NCBI GenBank assembly: GCA_035949535.1
Contig: DASZIA010000650.1
Span: 45,548 to 109,547, forward strand
Direction of reading: 5' to 3'
Source of the DNA: Planctomycetaceae bacterium
GTDB taxonomy: Bacteria > Planctomycetota > Planctomycetia > Planctomycetales > Planctomycetaceae
Length of the DNA stretch: 64,000 bases
Shown here: one piece after another, positions 61,437 through 64,000 of the stretch
Numbering within the stretch: the stretch's first letter is position 1
Layout of the letters: each line of letters opens with the position of its first letter
The notes under the pieces: model-generated
The model's database searches: none
The model's input: the letters and a program-made list of their open reading frames with translations, nothing else
Told to the model about the DNA's origin: nothing
Program-made: the position numbers and the translations under genes

Positions 61437-62858
61437 ATGAAATTCTCGCAACAAGGTGCCCAGCGGCTTTTGCGTTGGTCATCGCTGGGCATTGCGCTCG
61501 TGGCCGTCTCGGCCACGAGCGCGTTGGATTCGCGAAGTCAGGCGGACCCGCCGGCTCCCGCCCGATCGGGCTTTGAAGAAAGCATCCGCCAAAAGGCGTT
61601 GGAGCTTGAATTCGAGCGCGAGCGTTCCAGGCAGCAGGATGCCGCTCTCGCAATCCGGGAGAAGGTGATCGATCTCGAGTCGCAGCGGCGACGCGTCGCG
61701 GCTTACGAGCTCGAGCAACTTCGGCACAAGCGCGAGACTCTCGAGGCGCGCATCGATTACGCGCGCCGCAGCGTTCTTCAGAGCTTCGACGTCTACGACC
61801 GAGGCTTAATTCCAAATCGCCCATCGACCGCAAAGCGCAAACGCAACGGTAAGGAAATCGAAGGGAGTTTTGAGAGATCAAAACGCCTGCGGGAACAGAT
61901 GCTGTACCGCCTGCTCGAATTTCGCGGCCAGTCCGGCGGCTTGATCGCAAGCGGGGATGCCTTGAATTTCTTCCTGGAACTTTCCGGTCCTTCTGCATTC
62001 GCGCACACGTTTTATCGAACGACGAAGGCCGCGAGTAAGAGTCACGATGATCCCGACGAAGCGTTTTTGAGCCGAATCACGGATCAATATCTGCTCCCAC
62101 CAGAGGTTTTGAGGCACATCCGTTACCAGCGTGGCCTGTCGGGCCCGAAGCTCTCCGGGAGGCTCAACCAGGATCCTCTCGATGTGAACTGGCCGGCCAT
62201 TCTGAAGCGGTCTCTGATTAAGAGGACGGCGGACATCGAACGGCGACGAGAAGAGGTTCTCAGTCAGCTGCGCGCTAATCGAGCGGTTTCTCCCGAGGCC
62301 GCCGATGGTCTGCTCGATGCTGTCCGCGATCTTTTGACGGCCATGCATGAGGAAGAGGCGTCGCTCATGCAAGAGATTCGGCGACATGGAACTAACTCTC
62401 GTGCTCAAGGGGACTGGCTTCGCTATCACGCCGCCGAGGACCACGTTCGAATCCTCCTGGCCGGCGCCTTTCGCCTGATCGAGGCGCGAGGAATCGCAGA
62501 CGTGAGCTTGCCCCCCCTCGATGACAAAAAAGGGGTGACGGTCGAGAAGCTGCTCACGTATATGCACGAAAACAATCTTCGTTTTAGCCCGTCAGACTCG
62601 AACGGACAGACCGCCTATCACTCGATCTATGAGCTGATGTCGCGTTACTACATCGACTTGAGGTCACTCAAGCTCGAGACAGCAAAAAACGAACAGCGCG
62701 TCGAGGCCCTTCGTGTTGAGGAGGCACAAGTCAAAGAAGTTATGCTGGGGAACAGACTCGACAACATACAGCAGACCGAGATTGAGGTCGCGCGGTTCAA
62801 AGCGATGGCCGCGATGTCGAGTGCCTTGCTCGGCGCCATCAGGGCGGGTGGATCGTAG
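61437..62858 (+). CDS. secreted coiled-coil protein
   Basis: There is a signal peptide (LLRWSSLGIALVAVSATSALD), followed by long charged heptad-like stretches. The ORF starts 26 nt after the upstream stop. Confidence 0.65.
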   Translation: MKFSQQGAQRLLRWSSLGIALVAVSATSALDSRSQADPPAPARSGFEESIRQKALELEFERERSRQQDAALAIREKVIDLESQRRRVAAYELEQLRHKRETLEARIDYARRSVLQSFDVYDRGLIPNRPSTAKRKRNGKEIEGSFERSKRLREQMLYRLLEFRGQSGGLIASGDALNFFLELSGPSAFAHTFYRTTKAASKSHDDPDEAFLSRITDQYLLPPEVLRHIRYQRGLSGPKLSGRLNQDPLDVNWPAILKRSLIKRTADIERRREEVLSQLRANRAVSPEAADGLLDAVRDLLTAMHEEEASLMQEIRRHGTNSRAQGDWLRYHAAEDHVRILLAGAFRLIEARGIADVSLPPLDDKKGVTVEKLLTYMHENNLRFSPSDSNGQTAYHSIYELMSRYYIDLRSLKLETAKNEQRVEALRVEEAQVKEVMLGNRLDNIQQTEIEVARFKAMAAMSSALLGAIRAGGS

Positions 62859-63021
62859 CTCGGTGAAGGAGCAACGGGCAGCTGTATCCAAGCCGAAGAC
62901 ATTCGACATTTTCAGCTGGCAAAATGAGACCGCCAACGGTGAGTTTCGTCGATGTTGTCTTGAACGGCGCTAAGATGCTTTTTTCCGAACGTGAGTGAGA
63001 GATTGCTGCGGGAGCGGGCTC

Positions 63022-64000
63022 GTGAGCGACACTTGGATTGGCTCATCAATCGGAAACGGCCGTTATTCGATCACCGCGAAGCTCGGTGAAGGGGGAATGG
63101 GCAGCGTCTATCGCGCCTGGGATTCCAACCTCAAGACCGACGTGGTGGTCAAAGTCCCGCACGCCACGCGCCAACAGGATCCCGAGGTCACCGCGCGTTT
63201 TGTGCGGGAGGCCAGCTCGCTCGTCAAGCTAAGCCACCCTCACATCGTCAAGATCATCGATTTCGGCGAACAGGAGGGGCAGCCGTTCGCAGTCATGCAG
63301 TTTCTGTCGGGCGGCAGTCTGGCATCGCCACAGGACATTTCGGATGGCGAAGAGCGCGTCCGGTGCCAACCGCCTGACTCGTTGAAAGACTGGCTGCCGA
63401 GTGTCGCCAAAGCACTCGACTTCGTGCACGGCCAGGGCTATCTGCACCGTGACGTCAAGCCGGCGAATATCCTCTTTGATGCGCATGGCAATGCCTTCTT
63501 GAGCGATTTCGGGATTACGAAGTTCACCGCCGCAGAGCAAAAGACGAATGCCGGAAAAAGCTTGACGGGCGCCGGCATGGTCGTAGGCACGCCGGAATAC
63601 ATGGCCCCCGAGGTCATCCTGGGGCAGACGGCCGACGGCCGTCTCGACCAGTACGGCCTGGCTGTCACCGTTTTCGAGCTGCTCGCCGGGCGCCGCCCGT
63701 TCGAAGATGCGACGGCCACGGCCGTGCTCGTGCAACACACGACCAGCCCGCCACCCGACGTCCGCTCCTTCAATGCCGACATCCCACCCTCGCTTTCGAC
63801 GGTCATCGGGCGGGCGCTCGCCAAGAATCCCGCGGACCGATTCCCCAGTTGCAGCGCGTTTGCCGACGCAGTGCTTGACGCACTATCCGGCAAGTCGCAA
63901 GTCGCAAAGCTGAAGTGTCCCGCCTGCCAAAAGTCGCTGAAACTCGAATGGAAGGTGCGGGGACGAACGGTTTCATGTCCGGGCTGCGGGTCGGAGCTGA
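63022..64000 (+). CDS. Ser/Thr protein kinase, 3' end beyond window
   Basis: The frame is open from GTG 63022 to the window end, so it is absent from the ORF track. My translation: YSITAKLGEGGMGSVYRAWD..VVVKVPH, FVREASSLVKLSHPHIVKIIDFGE, YLHRDVKPANILFD, LSDFGITK, GTPEYMAPE. A CPAC..CPGC zinc-ribbon-like pair lies at 63910-64000. Confidence 0.9.
   Translation, partial: MSDTWIGSSIGNGRYSITAKLGEGGMGSVYRAWDSNLKTDVVVKVPHATRQQDPEVTARFVREASSLVKLSHPHIVKIIDFGEQEGQPFAVMQFLSGGSLASPQDISDGEERVRCQPPDSLKDWLPSVAKALDFVHGQGYLHRDVKPANILFDAHGNAFLSDFGITKFTAAEQKTNAGKSLTGAGMVVGTPEYMAPEVILGQTADGRLDQYGLAVTVFELLAGRRPFEDATATAVLVQHTTSPPPDVRSFNADIPPSLSTVIGRALAKNPADRFPSCSAFADAVLDALSGKSQVAKLKCPACQKSLKLEWKVRGRTVSCPGCGSEL

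Overview
All calls come from reading the sequence and the supplied ORF track. Family names rest on remembered motifs, not on searches. GC content was judged by eye only.

The window looks like a chromosomal segment of a high-GC, Planctomycetota-type bacterium. Hints are a DUF1559 protein with a prepilin-type N-terminus, many secreted beta-propeller proteins, and FHA plus Ser/Thr-kinase genes. About 70 features are supported.

Layout:
- 1-8.9 kb: a PLD-like gene, then a same-strand operon. It encodes a secreted CxxCH protein, a sugar-dehydrogenase small-subunit-like protein, a GMC flavoprotein, a cytidine-deaminase-fold protein and two PLC/AcpA-type phosphoesterases.
- 9.1-14.4 kb: a three-gene module. 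It encodes a membrane protein, an alpha/beta-hydrolase fused to an S8 subtilase, and a DUF4062-like protein.
- 14.6-20.3 kb: two toxin-antitoxin modules (one with a truncated PIN toxin) and an S8 protease operon.
- 20.9-25.0 kb: the most interesting locus. It is a tightly overlapping five-gene operon for a ubiquitin-like protein, an E2-like protein and a JAB-E1 fusion, plus a complete protein-kinase-fold protein and a Cys/His DUF6527-like protein.
- 26.7-39.9 kb: secreted or periplasmic proteins. These include a DUF1559 protein, a BNR sialidase-like protein, an alpha/beta hydrolase, a second CxxCH paralog, a PQQ-like propeller and a GSDH-like propeller.
- 39.9-42.4 kb: an IS21-family element inserted at the 3' end of the GSDH-like gene.
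- about 45-56.7 kb: integrative-element material. It holds a frameshifted integrase, VapBC, a HEAT-repeat protein, ParB, two excisionase-type HTH proteins, a TraG/VirD4-like ATPase and an intact integrase. It abuts a tRNA-Lys(CUU) gene cut at the anticodon loop.
- 57-64 kb: a carboxypeptidase-regulatory-like secreted protein, gene fragments, and an FHA / FHA-protease-like / coiled-coil / Ser-Thr kinase cluster that runs off the window end.

No rRNA genes, intact tRNA genes or CRISPR arrays were seen.
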